In this document: one piece after another, positions 9,951-20,036 of the stretch | Layout: the number at the start of each line of letters is the position of its first letter | Position numbering within the stretch: the stretch's first letter is position 1 | NCBI GenBank assembly: GCA_937927675.1 | Contig: CALBSG010000005.1 | Coordinates: 21,727-85,726, forward strand | Source of the DNA: an uncultured Rhodobacteraceae bacterium | GTDB lineage: Bacteria > Pseudomonadota > Alphaproteobacteria > Rhodobacterales > Rhodobacteraceae | Length of the DNA stretch: 64,000 nt | Direction: 5' to 3' | Notes under the pieces: model-generated | What the model saw: the letters and a program-made list of their open reading frames with translations, nothing else | Database searches by the model: none | Told to the model about the DNA's origin: nothing | Made by a program: the position numbers and the translations under genes

Positions 9951-9984
9951 TCGAAAAGCGCTGCCTCTCGCATGCGCTTTTCGA
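9951..9984. terminator. Bidirectional hairpin between convergent genes
   Basis: Perfect 11-nt arms TCGAAAAGCGC (9951-9961) and GCGCTTTTCGA (9974-9984), nested in an outer repeat GTCAGATTT/AAATCTGAC. Confidence 0.75.
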
Positions 9985-10014
9985 TAAGATATGATCCAAG
10001 TAAAATCTGACCCG

Positions 10015-10836
10015 CTAAAGCAAACGGCGGCGATGCGTAACCGGGCGGCCTTCTTGCGCTATGATCCGGTCGATGCAGGCCTGCACCGGCTCATACGCGA
10101 CCGACATGGTGTGACCGTTGGCATGGATCAACCGCGCCGCATCAACGATCAGCGCGACATGGCCCTTCCAAAAGATCAGATCCCCGCGTTGCAAGGGCGC
10201 ATCTGCGGGAACCTCTTGGCCAGCACCTTCTTGCAGATCGCTGTCACCTGGAATGGCGATCCCGCAAGCCCAATAGGACAGTTGCGCCAGGCCCGAACAA
10301 TCAATCCCACCGCGCGAATTGCCACCCCACAGATAGGGCGTGCCAAGAAGGCTTTCCGCCACGCTGACCGCATCGGTCCGCCAATCGCCCAATGGCCGCA
10401 GATGCGGGGCCGGGATAAAGCCTTGGGTGGTTTCCAACCATTTTCCGTGATCGGCGGTAATCGCCACCTGCGCCCCCAATGGCAGGGCGCAAACCTCGGG
10501 CGCCTGCACACGGGGTTCGGGATAAAGATGCGTGCCGGGTGTTGCGACCCAATGGGTCGGCGTCGGGCCGCGCGACAGGGCCGCATCGGGCAGCCAACCG
10601 CAATAGCCGTCTTTGCCCGCAAAACCAAAAGCGTGACCTTCGTTGCGGTCAATCACGGTAAAGGCCTCGCCCAACAAAAGTTGCCGCTCCCGTGCGCCAT
10701 TCGGGGCGCGCAGCAGATCTACCACGGGCTGCGCTACATGCATTGGCGTGCCATCGGTAAAGACAGGAACCTCGATCCGGCCCTTCATCGAAGAATGGGC
10801 GATGCGCGGCGTGGCAGGGGTCAGGCGGCGATCCAT
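10015..10836 (-). CDS. NlpC/P60 (C40) cell-wall peptidase with N-terminal SH3-like region
   Basis: 273 aa. Catalytic Cys context 'GGIDCSGLAQLSY' and His context 'GDLIFWKGHVALIV'. Confidence 0.85.
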   Translation of the reverse strand: MDRRLTPATPRIAHSSMKGRIEVPVFTDGTPMHVAQPVVDLLRAPNGARERQLLLGEAFTVIDRNEGHAFGFAGKDGYCGWLPDAALSRGPTPTHWVATPGTHLYPEPRVQAPEVCALPLGAQVAITADHGKWLETTQGFIPAPHLRPLGDWRTDAVSVAESLLGTPYLWGGNSRGGIDCSGLAQLSYWACGIAIPGDSDLQEGAGQEVPADAPLQRGDLIFWKGHVALIVDAARLIHANGHTMSVAYEPVQACIDRIIAQEGRPVTHRRRLL

Positions 10837-12246
10837 TTACAGCCCCAAAATGGCAGGAAGTGCGTGCAAAACCGCGCGCGCGCCTTGGCCTGCACCGCCC
10901 TTGGGCCGGGCAGGCAGGTCGGCAGGTGTGTGGCCGTAAATATCAAAGTGCATATAGCGCGGCCCTTCAACAAAGCGACGCAGGAACAGCGCGGCAGTGA
11001 CAGAGCCAGCAAAGCCCCAACCCGGCGCGTTATCAAGATCGGCGATGCCCGGCTCAATGATATGTTCATAAGGCGTCCAGAAGGGCAGCCGCCAGACCGG
11101 ATCAAAGCCCTGCTTCGCACCATTTTCCAAGGCCAAAGCCATCGGGTCGTCATCGCAGTAATAGGGCGCAAGATCGGGGCCAACGGCGATACGGGCCGCC
11201 CCTGTCAGCGTGGCCATAGAGATCACCGCATCGGTGGGCGTCTCGCAGGCATAGGCCAGCGCATCCCCCAGTACCAAGCGGCCTTCGGCGTCGGTGTCGT
11301 TCACCTCAACCGTCAGGCCCTTGCGGCTGGTCAGGATATCCTTTGGTCGTTGGGCGTCGCCTGCGATCACGTTTTCGACCGCTGGCACCAGAACCCGCAG
11401 GCGCAAGGGCAGGCCCAACCGCATGATCATATGGGCAAGCCCCATGACGGTCGCAGCCCCGCCCATATCTTTCTTCATCAAAAGCATGCCCGAGGACGGC
11501 TTGATGTTCAGCCCACCAGTATCAAAGCACACGCCCTTGCCGACCAGCGTCAGATGCGGGCCGGTGCTGCCCCAGTTCATCTCCAACAGGCGCGGCGCGC
11601 GGGTCGAGGCGCGGCCAACCGCATGGATCATCTGGAAGTTTTGCTCCAATAGGTCATCCCCCCGAATGACCTTGGCCTTCGCACCAAAACTGTCGGCCAG
11701 CGTCAGGAAGGCGGCCTCCAATTCTGCAGGCCCCATATCCAACGCCGGAGTGTTGATAAGGTCGCGGGTCAGAAATTCGCCCTCCACCATGGCAAGCAGC
11801 CGGAGGGCGTCAATGCCCTCGGGGGCTTTCAGCACGGCAGGCGTGGCGGGTGGTTTTCCGGGGCGATAGCGGTCGAAACGATAGGCTTGCAGCAAAAAGG
11901 CGAGCGCCGCTTCGGTCTTGTCTGCCGCGCTGAGATCACCCTCAAGGTGCCAAGCACCGTCGGGCAGTCCTGCCGCCGCGCGGGCCAGATGAAAGCGCCC
12001 CCGCGCGCGGGCCTTGGCGCTGCCCAAGCCCGCAACGGCGGCCAGCACTGTCCCATCCGCGCCGGGGATCAGACGCAGATCACCCGGTCCGGCCTCGAAC
12101 CCCGTCGCCTTCAGCCATGCCGTCATGGCAGAGGGTTCCCCCGCAAGAAAGGCGTCCAGCCCATCAGGCGTGACAACATGCAAAGGGCGCGAGGGGGCAT
12201 CGGGGGCGGCAAAGGCGGGCGTGGGCATGGCATCCTGCGGCATCAT
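10837..12246 (-). CDS. M17 leucyl aminopeptidase family protein
   Basis: 'VGKGVCFDTGGLNIKP' and 'NDTDAEGRLVLGDAL' metal-site motifs. The start was chosen at the internal ATG (MMPQD); the track start at 12300 is possible. Confidence 0.88.
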   Translation of the reverse strand: MMPQDAMPTPAFAAPDAPSRPLHVVTPDGLDAFLAGEPSAMTAWLKATGFEAGPGDLRLIPGADGTVLAAVAGLGSAKARARGRFHLARAAAGLPDGAWHLEGDLSAADKTEAALAFLLQAYRFDRYRPGKPPATPAVLKAPEGIDALRLLAMVEGEFLTRDLINTPALDMGPAELEAAFLTLADSFGAKAKVIRGDDLLEQNFQMIHAVGRASTRAPRLLEMNWGSTGPHLTLVGKGVCFDTGGLNIKPSSGMLLMKKDMGGAATVMGLAHMIMRLGLPLRLRVLVPAVENVIAGDAQRPKDILTSRKGLTVEVNDTDAEGRLVLGDALAYACETPTDAVISMATLTGAARIAVGPDLAPYYCDDDPMALALENGAKQGFDPVWRLPFWTPYEHIIEPGIADLDNAPGWGFAGSVTAALFLRRFVEGPRYMHFDIYGHTPADLPARPKGGAGQGARAVLHALPAILGL

Positions 12247-12407
12247 GGAATTGATACGGCCAAGCCTAACCCATCCCGCGCGACCCGCAAGGGCGCGCAA
12301 TGCACCCGAACGCCAGTCAGGTTTGAGCTGACCCGAAAAGCGCGGCCTTTCGCACAGGCTCGAACGCGCTTTTTGATGCGGTCTCTTTCAGAAACCCCCG
12401 ACAGGCC

Positions 12408-12797
12408 CTAGCTGAAAGTCTGGTCCAAAAGCGCCTTGTCCGGCGCGAGAGAGCGCTCCGCGACCCGCACCAGCCGCGCCCACACGGCAGAAAAGGCCGT
12501 TACATCGCTACGCTCAAGGCAAGTGCGCACATCGCCTGCGACCAGCCCCAGACTGACCATGCCAAGATTTTCCGACATGCGCTGCAAGCGGCGCAATTGA
12601 CGCGACAAATCCTGCATTTCGCGTTCGCGCACCTGTGCGGCCAGCCCGGCCATGGTCAGCGCAAGTTCGCCCAGCGCCCGTGTGACTACCTGTTCCGCAG
12701 ACGAGGTTCCCAAATTCCGATAAATCGTGGCAATCGGTTCGGAATCTTGCCGAACCCGTTCCTTGACCCGCAAGGCCACCAAATTTTCACCCAACAT
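12408..12797 (-). CDS. Hypothetical helical protein (129 aa)
   Basis: ORF with good GC3 bias, divergent from the carbonic anhydrase gene. I recognise no motif. Confidence 0.45.
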   Translation of the reverse strand: MLGENLVALRVKERVRQDSEPIATIYRNLGTSSAEQVVTRALGELALTMAGLAAQVREREMQDLSRQLRRLQRMSENLGMVSLGLVAGDVRTCLERSDVTAFSAVWARLVRVAERSLAPDKALLDQTFS

Positions 12798-12957
12798 GAC
12801 ACACCCTTTCTTCTACACCCAAGACCGATCATCGCGGATCGTGCTGAAGAAAAGGTTCACCCCAACGCAGAAAAGCGAGGATGCGGCGCATAAACCCCCT
12901 CGCATTTTCTGCGAATGCAGCCTAACTCGTGACCAGCATCACAGAAGGAAGCCGACG

Positions 12958-13608
12958 ATGACCGTCACCGCCCGCCCCCTTCCCGCCTATCTGGTCAGCC
13001 GCTTCAATGGATGGCGCGCCACCAGCTATCAGGACAACAAGGCCTGGTATCGCCGTCTGGCCGAAAGCGGCCAGCACCCCCGCGCCATGGTGATTTCCTG
13101 CTGCGACAGCCGCGTGCATGTCACCTCGATCTTTGGGGCCGATGAGGGCGAATTCTTCATCCACCGCAACATCGCCAATCTGGTGCCGCCCTATAACCCG
13201 GACGGCGAACGCCATGGCACCTCGGCCGCGGTGGAATATGCAGTCACCTCGCTGGGCGTGGCGCATATCATCGTGCTGGGCCATTCGGGCTGCGGCGGGG
13301 TCAAAGGTTGCCATGACATGTGCGCTGGCCATTCGCCGGAGCTGGAAGAAAAGACCAGCTTCGTCGGCCGTTGGCTGGACATTCTGAAGCCCGGCTATCA
13401 ACGGGTGTCTGCGCTACCGCAAGCCGACATCCTACGCGCGCTTGAAAAACAGGCCGTGCTGGTATCGCTGGAAAATCTGATGACCTTCCCCTTTGTCCGC
13501 GATGCGGTGGCCGATGACCGGCTGACGCTGCATGGGCTGTGGAACAACATTGGCGCGGGCGAGCTGGAGCAATATGATCCGGCCCGCGACGACTTCTCCC
13601 CGATCTGA
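12958..13608 (+). CDS. can: Beta-class carbonic anhydrase
   Basis: ATG at 12958 after AGGAAG. Zn ligand motifs 'SCCDSRV' and 'GHSGCGGV'. Confidence 0.9.
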   Translation: MTVTARPLPAYLVSRFNGWRATSYQDNKAWYRRLAESGQHPRAMVISCCDSRVHVTSIFGADEGEFFIHRNIANLVPPYNPDGERHGTSAAVEYAVTSLGVAHIIVLGHSGCGGVKGCHDMCAGHSPELEEKTSFVGRWLDILKPGYQRVSALPQADILRALEKQAVLVSLENLMTFPFVRDAVADDRLTLHGLWNNIGAGELEQYDPARDDFSPI

Positions 13609-13620
13609 CAGGAGCCTGCG

Positions 13621-13983
13621 ATGACGCCCGATTTCGCCACCCACCTTGCACTGGCCCAGATGGACATCGGCGCGTTCGTCCCCAAGGCAACGTCGTTTGA
13701 GGGGGCCCAGAAAGAGGCCTCGGTCGATCTGTGGGTTTCGGCCGATGGAAGGGTGTCCTTGGGGGTCTGGGAATGCACGCCGGGCCGCTTCACCGCTGAC
13801 CGCTCCGGCTCGACCGAGTTTTGCCATTTCCTGTCGGGCAAGGTCGAGATGACCCATCCGGATGGCACGGTTCAGGTCTTTGGGCCGGGCGATGCGATCA
13901 CCCTGCCGCAAGGCTGGAAGGGCATCTGGCATGTGGTGGAACACGTCCGCAAAATCTATGTCATTACGCTGAAAGACGTCTAG
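13621..13983 (+). CDS. Cupin domain protein (DUF861/EutQ-like)
   Basis: 120 aa. 'GVWECTPGRF...EFCHFLSGKVEMTHPDG...GDAITLPQGWKGIW' cupin beta-barrel pattern. Confidence 0.7.
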   Translation: MTPDFATHLALAQMDIGAFVPKATSFEGAQKEASVDLWVSADGRVSLGVWECTPGRFTADRSGSTEFCHFLSGKVEMTHPDGTVQVFGPGDAITLPQGWKGIWHVVEHVRKIYVITLKDV

Positions 13984-14047
13984 GCACGGCGACCGGTGGC
14001 CCTGCCGCCGTGTGATGTAAACTTGTGTTGTAAAGAGGACCAAGGTT

Positions 14048-15868
14048 ATGCCCCCCTTTGCCGTCAGCGTCGTTCATCGCAAACATGTCTGGATCGCTGG
14101 GGCTTTGCTCATTGCCTTGCTTGGCCTGTCGATGTTCGCCCTTGCCCCCCATGCCAGAACGCTGCTGGTGCAGGGCGACAATGACGACATCATGCGCTGG
14201 ATGTCCGTCAAGGCTTGGTTGGCTGGTCAAAGCTGGTTTGACATGACCCAATACCGCGTCGAGCCGCCCTTGGGGCTGTCGATGCACTGGTCGCGCTATC
14301 TGGATGCCGCCCTTGCCGGGCTTTACAGCCTGCTTGCCTTGGGGCTGTCGCCCGAGGCGGCAGAGCGGTGGACCTTTGCCCTTTGGCCCAATCTGTTGCT
14401 TTTGGCCCTGCTCGGCTTGGTTGCCAAAGGCACAGGGCGGCTTTTGGGGGCGGGAGCGGCCCTTTTTGCGATGGCGCTGGTCATGACTTGGATGCCGATC
14501 CGCGGCATCACCTTTGCCACCGGCCGGATTGACCATCACAATGTGCAAATTCTGCTGACCACGATCATGGCGATGGCGATGATCCTGCCCGGCCGGGCTT
14601 GGCTGATGGGCGCTGCAGCGGGGCTTGCGGCAGCGCTGTCGCTGGCGATCGGGCTGGAAACGCTGGTCTTTGTGGCAGCGGGCGGCCTTGTCCTTGTCGC
14701 ACGGGCCGCCGTTGAGGCCGAAGGCGCAAGGGGGCGGCTAATTGGGTTTTGCAATGCCTTACCGGTTGGCGCGCTGGTGTTTTTTGCCGGACAAACCGCC
14801 CCGCAGGATTGGCTTGTCCCCCATTGCGATGCGCTCGCGACGCCGATTCTGGCGATCCTTGTGATTGCCAGCACCAGCAGCCTTGCCCCGCTGGCGCTTT
14901 ACAGCCGCGTGTCCTCCCCCGTAGCGCGGCTGGCTGCTGTTGCGGGGCTTGCCCTGTTCGGCGTCTGGATGTTTGTGCCGCTGCTTACGCCCTGTCTTGC
15001 CGGACCCTATGGCATGCTCCCGCCCGAGGCACAGGACTTCATCACCTCGCGCATTTCCGAAGCCCTACCGGCGTTGGCCTTCGCCACCCTTCGGCCTTTG
15101 ACCTTTGCCAATGTGCTTTTGCCAATCCTTGTCATAACCGCACTGAGTTCGCTGTTTTGGCTGCGCAATCGCGGCAGCTATGACAAAGCGCAACGCGCGG
15201 CGGTTGGGCAAATGCTGATCTTCGGCTGGCTTGGGCTGATCGGCAGCCTTGTGCAGGTGCGGATGAACATCATTGCCGCCCCCGCCCTGCCATTTTTGGC
15301 GGGCCATGTCGGGGCAGAGCTGTTGCGCCGCTGGACCACCCGACGCAGCCTTGCCGCGTTTCTGACCGCGGCGGTTGTCGGGCTTGCTGCCTTTGGCACG
15401 CAGTATCTGAACCGCCCCGCCATGACGCTGGCCAGCCGTCTGGCCGGAACCGATCTGTCACAACGGTTCGAGCAACCCTCGTTCGATCACGGTTGCCGCA
15501 CAGAAAAAGCGCTTGCCGAGCTGAATACCCTGACAAAAGCGCGGCTTTTGACCACGCTGAACCTTGGCGCGCCATTGCTCCTTGTGACTCATCACGACGC
15601 GCTGTCCGTGCCCTATCAACGCGGCGCGCACACCTTCTGGAACGGCTCTTTCCCCTTCCGTTCAGAGGCGCTGATGCTGCAAGCCATCCGGCAAAGCGCA
15701 CCGGACTACGTGGTGATCTGCCGAGAGGCCACCTATGACGCCGAACATGGCTTTGCACGGGCGCTGAACGAAGGGCGCCTGCCCGGCTGGCTGATCCCGG
15801 CAGACATCGGATCGACGCGTTGGCTGGTGCTGGCCCTGCGGCCAGAGGCGATGCCTCCCAGCCCCTAA
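14048..15868 (+). CDS. Polytopic membrane protein, GT-C-like (ArnT/STT3-style) candidate glycosyltransferase
   Basis: 606 aa with at least 10 hydrophobic segments. Acidic 'GDNDD' loop directly after TM1. Soluble C-terminal ~130 aa. Converges on a GT2/GtrA operon. Confidence 0.5.
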   Translation: MPPFAVSVVHRKHVWIAGALLIALLGLSMFALAPHARTLLVQGDNDDIMRWMSVKAWLAGQSWFDMTQYRVEPPLGLSMHWSRYLDAALAGLYSLLALGLSPEAAERWTFALWPNLLLLALLGLVAKGTGRLLGAGAALFAMALVMTWMPIRGITFATGRIDHHNVQILLTTIMAMAMILPGRAWLMGAAAGLAAALSLAIGLETLVFVAAGGLVLVARAAVEAEGARGRLIGFCNALPVGALVFFAGQTAPQDWLVPHCDALATPILAILVIASTSSLAPLALYSRVSSPVARLAAVAGLALFGVWMFVPLLTPCLAGPYGMLPPEAQDFITSRISEALPALAFATLRPLTFANVLLPILVITALSSLFWLRNRGSYDKAQRAAVGQMLIFGWLGLIGSLVQVRMNIIAAPALPFLAGHVGAELLRRWTTRRSLAAFLTAAVVGLAAFGTQYLNRPAMTLASRLAGTDLSQRFEQPSFDHGCRTEKALAELNTLTKARLLTTLNLGAPLLLVTHHDALSVPYQRGAHTFWNGSFPFRSEALMLQAIRQSAPDYVVICREATYDAEHGFARALNEGRLPGWLIPADIGSTRWLVLALRPEAMPPSP

Positions 15869-16668
15869 GGCGCAAACCGGCCAAAGGCGGCGGCAAAGGT
15901 TTGGCGCAAGATGGACAGCTTGCCGCCAAATCCGGCAATCTTGGTCGGCGTCGCCTCTTGCCGGGGATAGCTGCGCCGCACCGGGACATGCGCCACCTTC
16001 ATGCCGATCTGGCCGGCGCGAACCGTCAGATAGAACAGCAATTCATAACGCATGAAGATCGCACGAAATGGCTGCACCCGCGCGTCCAAGAGATAACGCC
16101 GCGAATAGGCCCGAAAGCCGTTGGTCGTGTCTGTAAACCAATGACGACCCGCAAGGCTAAGCACCGGGGCATGGATCAGCCGGTTCGCCACGGTCCGCTC
16201 CAGCGGGGTGTTTTCCGCCTGCCCGCCGGGCAAATAGCGCGAGCCCTGCACATAGTCACAACCGCGATCCAGCTCGGCAACCATGGCATCAATCGCGTCA
16301 ATGCCATCCTTGCCATTGCCATCCATGGTGACAATGCCCTCATAGCCTTGGCGCAGACACCACGCATAGGCCATGCGCAATTGCGCGCTGAGTTTGCCCG
16401 GCCCGCGCCTTGTCAAAAGCGCCCGTAGATCGCAATTGCGCAGAAAGTCGGGATCCAACGAGCCGTCGGTTGATCCGCCATCGGCAATGACAACGTCGAC
16501 CGCAGGCCGTGCGGCCGCGATCTTTTGCAACTGCCCCCGGATACGGTCGCCTTCGTTGATGACCGGAATGACAAGGGCATAGCGCGCGGCGGCATCGCGC
16601 AGCACCAGTTCGGAAAACTCTGGCACCTCCCACGCGGCCGTGGGATCCAGATTGTCTGGCCCGGTCAT
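15865..16668 (-). CDS. Family-2 glycosyltransferase, polyprenyl-phosphate sugar synthase-like
   Basis: 'ALVIPVINEGDRI', 'ADGGSTDGS', 'IVTMDGNGKD' GT-A motifs. The ATG at 16668 overlaps the GtrA stop (ATGA). Confidence 0.75.
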   Translation of the reverse strand: MTGPDNLDPTAAWEVPEFSELVLRDAAARYALVIPVINEGDRIRGQLQKIAAARPAVDVVIADGGSTDGSLDPDFLRNCDLRALLTRRGPGKLSAQLRMAYAWCLRQGYEGIVTMDGNGKDGIDAIDAMVAELDRGCDYVQGSRYLPGGQAENTPLERTVANRLIHAPVLSLAGRHWFTDTTNGFRAYSRRYLLDARVQPFRAIFMRYELLFYLTVRAGQIGMKVAHVPVRRSYPRQEATPTKIAGFGGKLSILRQTFAAAFGRFAP

Positions 16669-17066
16669 CGCCCCTCTCCCTGATCTGCGGGCTCGGCAAA
16701 GACCCATGATCTGGCCAAAAGAAAACTTGCGCAGAACGACAGCGCCACGCTGGGCAGCAGCACCGCCAACGCACCCTGCCCCGCACCAAACAACCGTTCA
16801 AACCCAAGGATCGCCAAAAGCCGGACCGCCGCCGTCAGCCCCAGCGACATCAGATAGCGGCCAAACCGACCAAAAGAGCGGCGGTTCTGGCCACCCCAAA
16901 AGGTCCATGCCTCATGCAAGAGATAATTCAAGAGCGCCGCCGCCAAGAACCCCAAGGCCCCCGCCAGCCACAAGGACAGGCCAAGGCCCGTCGCCAGAGA
17001 CCAGGCCAGCCCGATATCCAGCGCGACCCCGACCCCCGACACCGCCAAAAAGCGCACAGATTGCAT
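16665..17066 (-). CDS. GtrA family membrane protein (lipid-linked sugar translocation-associated)
   Basis: 133 aa with 4 TM segments. 'LLNYLLHEAWTF' GtrA-type signature. Confidence 0.8.
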   Translation of the reverse strand: MQSVRFLAVSGVGVALDIGLAWSLATGLGLSLWLAGALGFLAAALLNYLLHEAWTFWGGQNRRSFGRFGRYLMSLGLTAAVRLLAILGFERLFGAGQGALAVLLPSVALSFCASFLLARSWVFAEPADQGEGR

Positions 17067-18211
17067 CAGACAGCCCGCCCCACCACAAACCCATCGTGGG
17101 CGGCCGCAAACTCTGGCTCGGTCTGCCGCACCAGATCAAAGAGGTCATAGATATTGTCGATCTTCGCCCCAAGGATCGAAATGACCCGGCTTTCACGCGG
17201 ACGGCGCTGAAACAGGATGGGCCGACCATCGTCCCGCTCATTCTTCAACAGCACAGCCTTCACCTCGAAAAGCGAGGAGCGATAGCTGGCGCGGCCCAGC
17301 GCCGGCACATAGCGTTTACCGTCCAGCAGCATATGCATCACTTGGGTTGCCTGTGCAGATTGATCCAAGCGTGCATAGGGTGGCGTTCCGCCGTCGCCCG
17401 TCCAACTGTCTTGCGGCGTATAGCGCACATGGGTCAGTGAATGGAGACCGGCTGCGGGATAAGGCATGCAGGAAAAGAAAGGCCCGTCCATCACGGTGAT
17501 GCCAAAGGGGCGCAACTCCTCGGGTGGCTCGATCAGGGCGAGTTCGGCCAGTTCGTATTTCAACTGTGCAGGTGGCAGCCCGGCCGATTTCAGAACGTCA
17601 TTGATCTGGGCATAGGTGACGTTAAAGGCATAACGCGCCGGAATTTCGGCCCCATCCGCAAGCTGCACCACCACCGTATCCGGGCGGTCGAAAACACCCA
17701 AGACCCGCGCGCCAAGTCGCATCTCGACGCCCGCCGCTTGCAACCGGTCCAGCATCAGCCGTTGCAACACCGAATAGTCGAAAGCCACCTCGCGGCAGGC
17801 AAAGGCCGCTTCGATCAGATCGCCGTCAAACAGCGCCGCCTGACTGGCCGATGCGGGTTGAATAGGCGCGCCAAGATCCCGAAAGATTCGGTAAAACCGC
17901 TTGGCCGACACTTTGGACCGCCGCGCGGCGATGGCATAAAGCATCTGGAAATCGCTGCAGATCGCTTCGGGGAAATCCTTGGCAAAGCGGTCGTGCAGGA
18001 TCAGCGACTTTACCGCTGTCAACGCCGAGCGAGGATAGTGAAAGCCGGTATGAACCCGCGCCTGATTGACCCGCGAGGCACGGGACAACAGCCGATCCTC
18101 CGCCTCAATCAGCAGCACCTTGCGAGAGATGGAGCGTAAGAACAGCGCCAGACAGCAGCCGTAAAAGCCGCCCCCGATGATGATATGGTCAAAGCGAACG
18201 CCTGCCGTCAT
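17066..18211 (-). CDS. FAD-dependent oxidoreductase (DAO-like)
   Basis: 381 aa. N-terminal dinucleotide fold 'HIIIGGGFYGCCLA...LLIEAE'. Start and stop overlap the neighbouring genes. Confidence 0.75.
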   Translation of the reverse strand: MTAGVRFDHIIIGGGFYGCCLALFLRSISRKVLLIEAEDRLLSRASRVNQARVHTGFHYPRSALTAVKSLILHDRFAKDFPEAICSDFQMLYAIAARRSKVSAKRFYRIFRDLGAPIQPASASQAALFDGDLIEAAFACREVAFDYSVLQRLMLDRLQAAGVEMRLGARVLGVFDRPDTVVVQLADGAEIPARYAFNVTYAQINDVLKSAGLPPAQLKYELAELALIEPPEELRPFGITVMDGPFFSCMPYPAAGLHSLTHVRYTPQDSWTGDGGTPPYARLDQSAQATQVMHMLLDGKRYVPALGRASYRSSLFEVKAVLLKNERDDGRPILFQRRPRESRVISILGAKIDNIYDLFDLVRQTEPEFAAAHDGFVVGRAV

Positions 18212-19209
18212 TGCCCGGAACTTATGGTGCGGGTGCCATCAACTTCGACATTCAGATCACGCGCGACGCTGCCGAACAGATCCACCCGGTTAACCTCGGC
18301 AGAAACATCGTCAAAGCTGCTGCGGTCAACCCGGCTGAGAATATATTGCATGCCAAGACACAGGCCGCTGGACACACAGCCCAGCATGAAGCCGGTCGCA
18401 CTCAGCATGCCAGACAGCGTCAGCCAGCCCGGCGCAATCACCGGCTTAAAGGCCCAGACACCCACAACATAAACGGCATAAAGCAGCGACAAGAGCGCGA
18501 TCATCATCGAAATCAGCGTCACCGATTGCAGAAGTCGCGGGGCCAGATTGATAAGCAGCAACTGCGCCAGCGTCACCCGCCGGCCGAAATCACGCAGCGC
18601 CCGTGCCTTGCGGGTTCCGGTCTGCGCGGCAAAGGGCACCTGCCCAAGCCCCTCATCCCGAGGCAGAAAACGCAAGGCAAGTTCCTTGGCCGGGTGGGCC
18701 AGAATCTGGTTCAGCAGGGTTCGCGGAAAGGCAATCGTCTGCATCTCACGCCCGCTGACCTGAAACCCGGCCCAATGGCCAAAGGCAACCCAAGGCCCGG
18801 CCAAAAGCCGGTCCAAGGCCGGAGGGTCCGTAAGGCGGCCCACAACAACCACCTCTTGCGCCGCCGCCTGTTCGATCATCGCCATGATGTCCAACGCCCC
18901 GATCTCATCAATCGAGGTCAGCACCGCCACATCGCCAATCGCCTCGGCGGCGGCAATGGCGCGGCGGCGATAGTATTCGGCGCCACTGCGCACCGAAATC
19001 AGCCGCAAGTTGGGAATGTCGCGGACCAACGCCAGCAGGGGTGTCACCTCATCCGACAGGCTGACAACAATGATTTCCCAAAACCGATACCCCCCCGCCA
19101 ACCGGGCCGCGGTCTGACGCAAGGCGTCAAAGGCGGCAGGGGTGTTCGGCACCTCGCCAAAGCAGACCGAGACAAGGATGTTTTCGCGCAAGGTGGCGGC
19201 AGCGGTCAT
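18208..19209 (-). CDS. Membrane protein with N-terminal GT-A-like (possibly degenerate) domain and two C-terminal TM helices (GtrB-like architecture)
   Basis: 333 aa. Soluble N-terminal ~220 aa, then two long hydrophobic helices ('LLINLAPRLLQSVTLISMMIALLSLLYAVYVVG', 'WLTLSGMLSATGFMLGCVSSGLCLG'). Translationally coupled on both sides. Confidence 0.5.
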   Translation of the reverse strand: MTAAATLRENILVSVCFGEVPNTPAAFDALRQTAARLAGGYRFWEIIVVSLSDEVTPLLALVRDIPNLRLISVRSGAEYYRRRAIAAAEAIGDVAVLTSIDEIGALDIMAMIEQAAAQEVVVVGRLTDPPALDRLLAGPWVAFGHWAGFQVSGREMQTIAFPRTLLNQILAHPAKELALRFLPRDEGLGQVPFAAQTGTRKARALRDFGRRVTLAQLLLINLAPRLLQSVTLISMMIALLSLLYAVYVVGVWAFKPVIAPGWLTLSGMLSATGFMLGCVSSGLCLGMQYILSRVDRSSFDDVSAEVNRVDLFGSVARDLNVEVDGTRTISSGQ

Positions 19210-20036
19210 TGGGCAAGGCCCGCCTTTGCCTGTGCCGCCAATACCACAGAAAGCCGCCCCTCAAGCGCCACCAGCCCCGCCGCATCCCGCTTCATTTCAA
19301 TGGAAACCGCGCCCGGATAGCCCGCCCGCGCAAGGCCCTGCAAAAGTGCGGCCGTCGGCGCCACTTCGGCCGGTGCGGGCGCAAGATAGGGTTCGCTCAG
19401 ATGCACATGACCCAACCAGGGGGAAAGAAGGGCAAGATCAACAACATCTTGGTTCATACGCACTGCACCGGTATCCAACACAACTCTGACTGCAGGCTCT
19501 GCCAAGCGGTCCACAAAGTCTAGCGTTTCGCCAAGCGTGTTCAGAAAATTCGTCCCATAACCGGCGGGGTTTGCCTCGACCGACAGGGTCGTTCCGTTGG
19601 CCTGTGCCGCGTTGCCCCATGCCCTGAACCGTTCCAGCGCCAGATCCCACGCCTGCGCTTGCGGCATGTCCTGTGGCACCACACGCTGACGCGGCGCGCC
19701 GAACACCAGATTGGGAATTCCAAAGCGGCCCGCAAAATTGATGGCGCGACGCATGGCGTTTTCAAAGCGCGCTCGCTCTTCAGCGGTGCCGAACAGCGCG
19801 GCCCCCTCGACGCCGAACAAAACCGCCTGCATCGAGGTCAATTGCAACCCTGCCGCCGCGATTTCTTGCAACGCCTGCCGGGCCACGGCGGGGGCAGGGT
19901 CGAACACATCTGCCTGCCCGGCGAAAAGGACACCCGGTGCAATTTCCAGCCCGGAGATCCCGAAGCGCTGCAAAAGGGCATAGGCCTCCAGCCGTTCGCC
20001 ATGGGTCCAGGCGATATTCGACACCGACAGCTTCAT
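19206..20036 (-). CDS. Xylose-isomerase-fold TIM-barrel protein (sugar phosphate isomerase/epimerase family)
   Basis: 276 aa. 'GISGLEIAP', 'VHLSEPYL', 'YPGAVSIEM' pattern typical of the AP_endonuc_2 fold. Confidence 0.65.
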   Translation of the reverse strand: MKLSVSNIAWTHGERLEAYALLQRFGISGLEIAPGVLFAGQADVFDPAPAVARQALQEIAAAGLQLTSMQAVLFGVEGAALFGTAEERARFENAMRRAINFAGRFGIPNLVFGAPRQRVVPQDMPQAQAWDLALERFRAWGNAAQANGTTLSVEANPAGYGTNFLNTLGETLDFVDRLAEPAVRVVLDTGAVRMNQDVVDLALLSPWLGHVHLSEPYLAPAPAEVAPTAALLQGLARAGYPGAVSIEMKRDAAGLVALEGRLSVVLAAQAKAGLAQ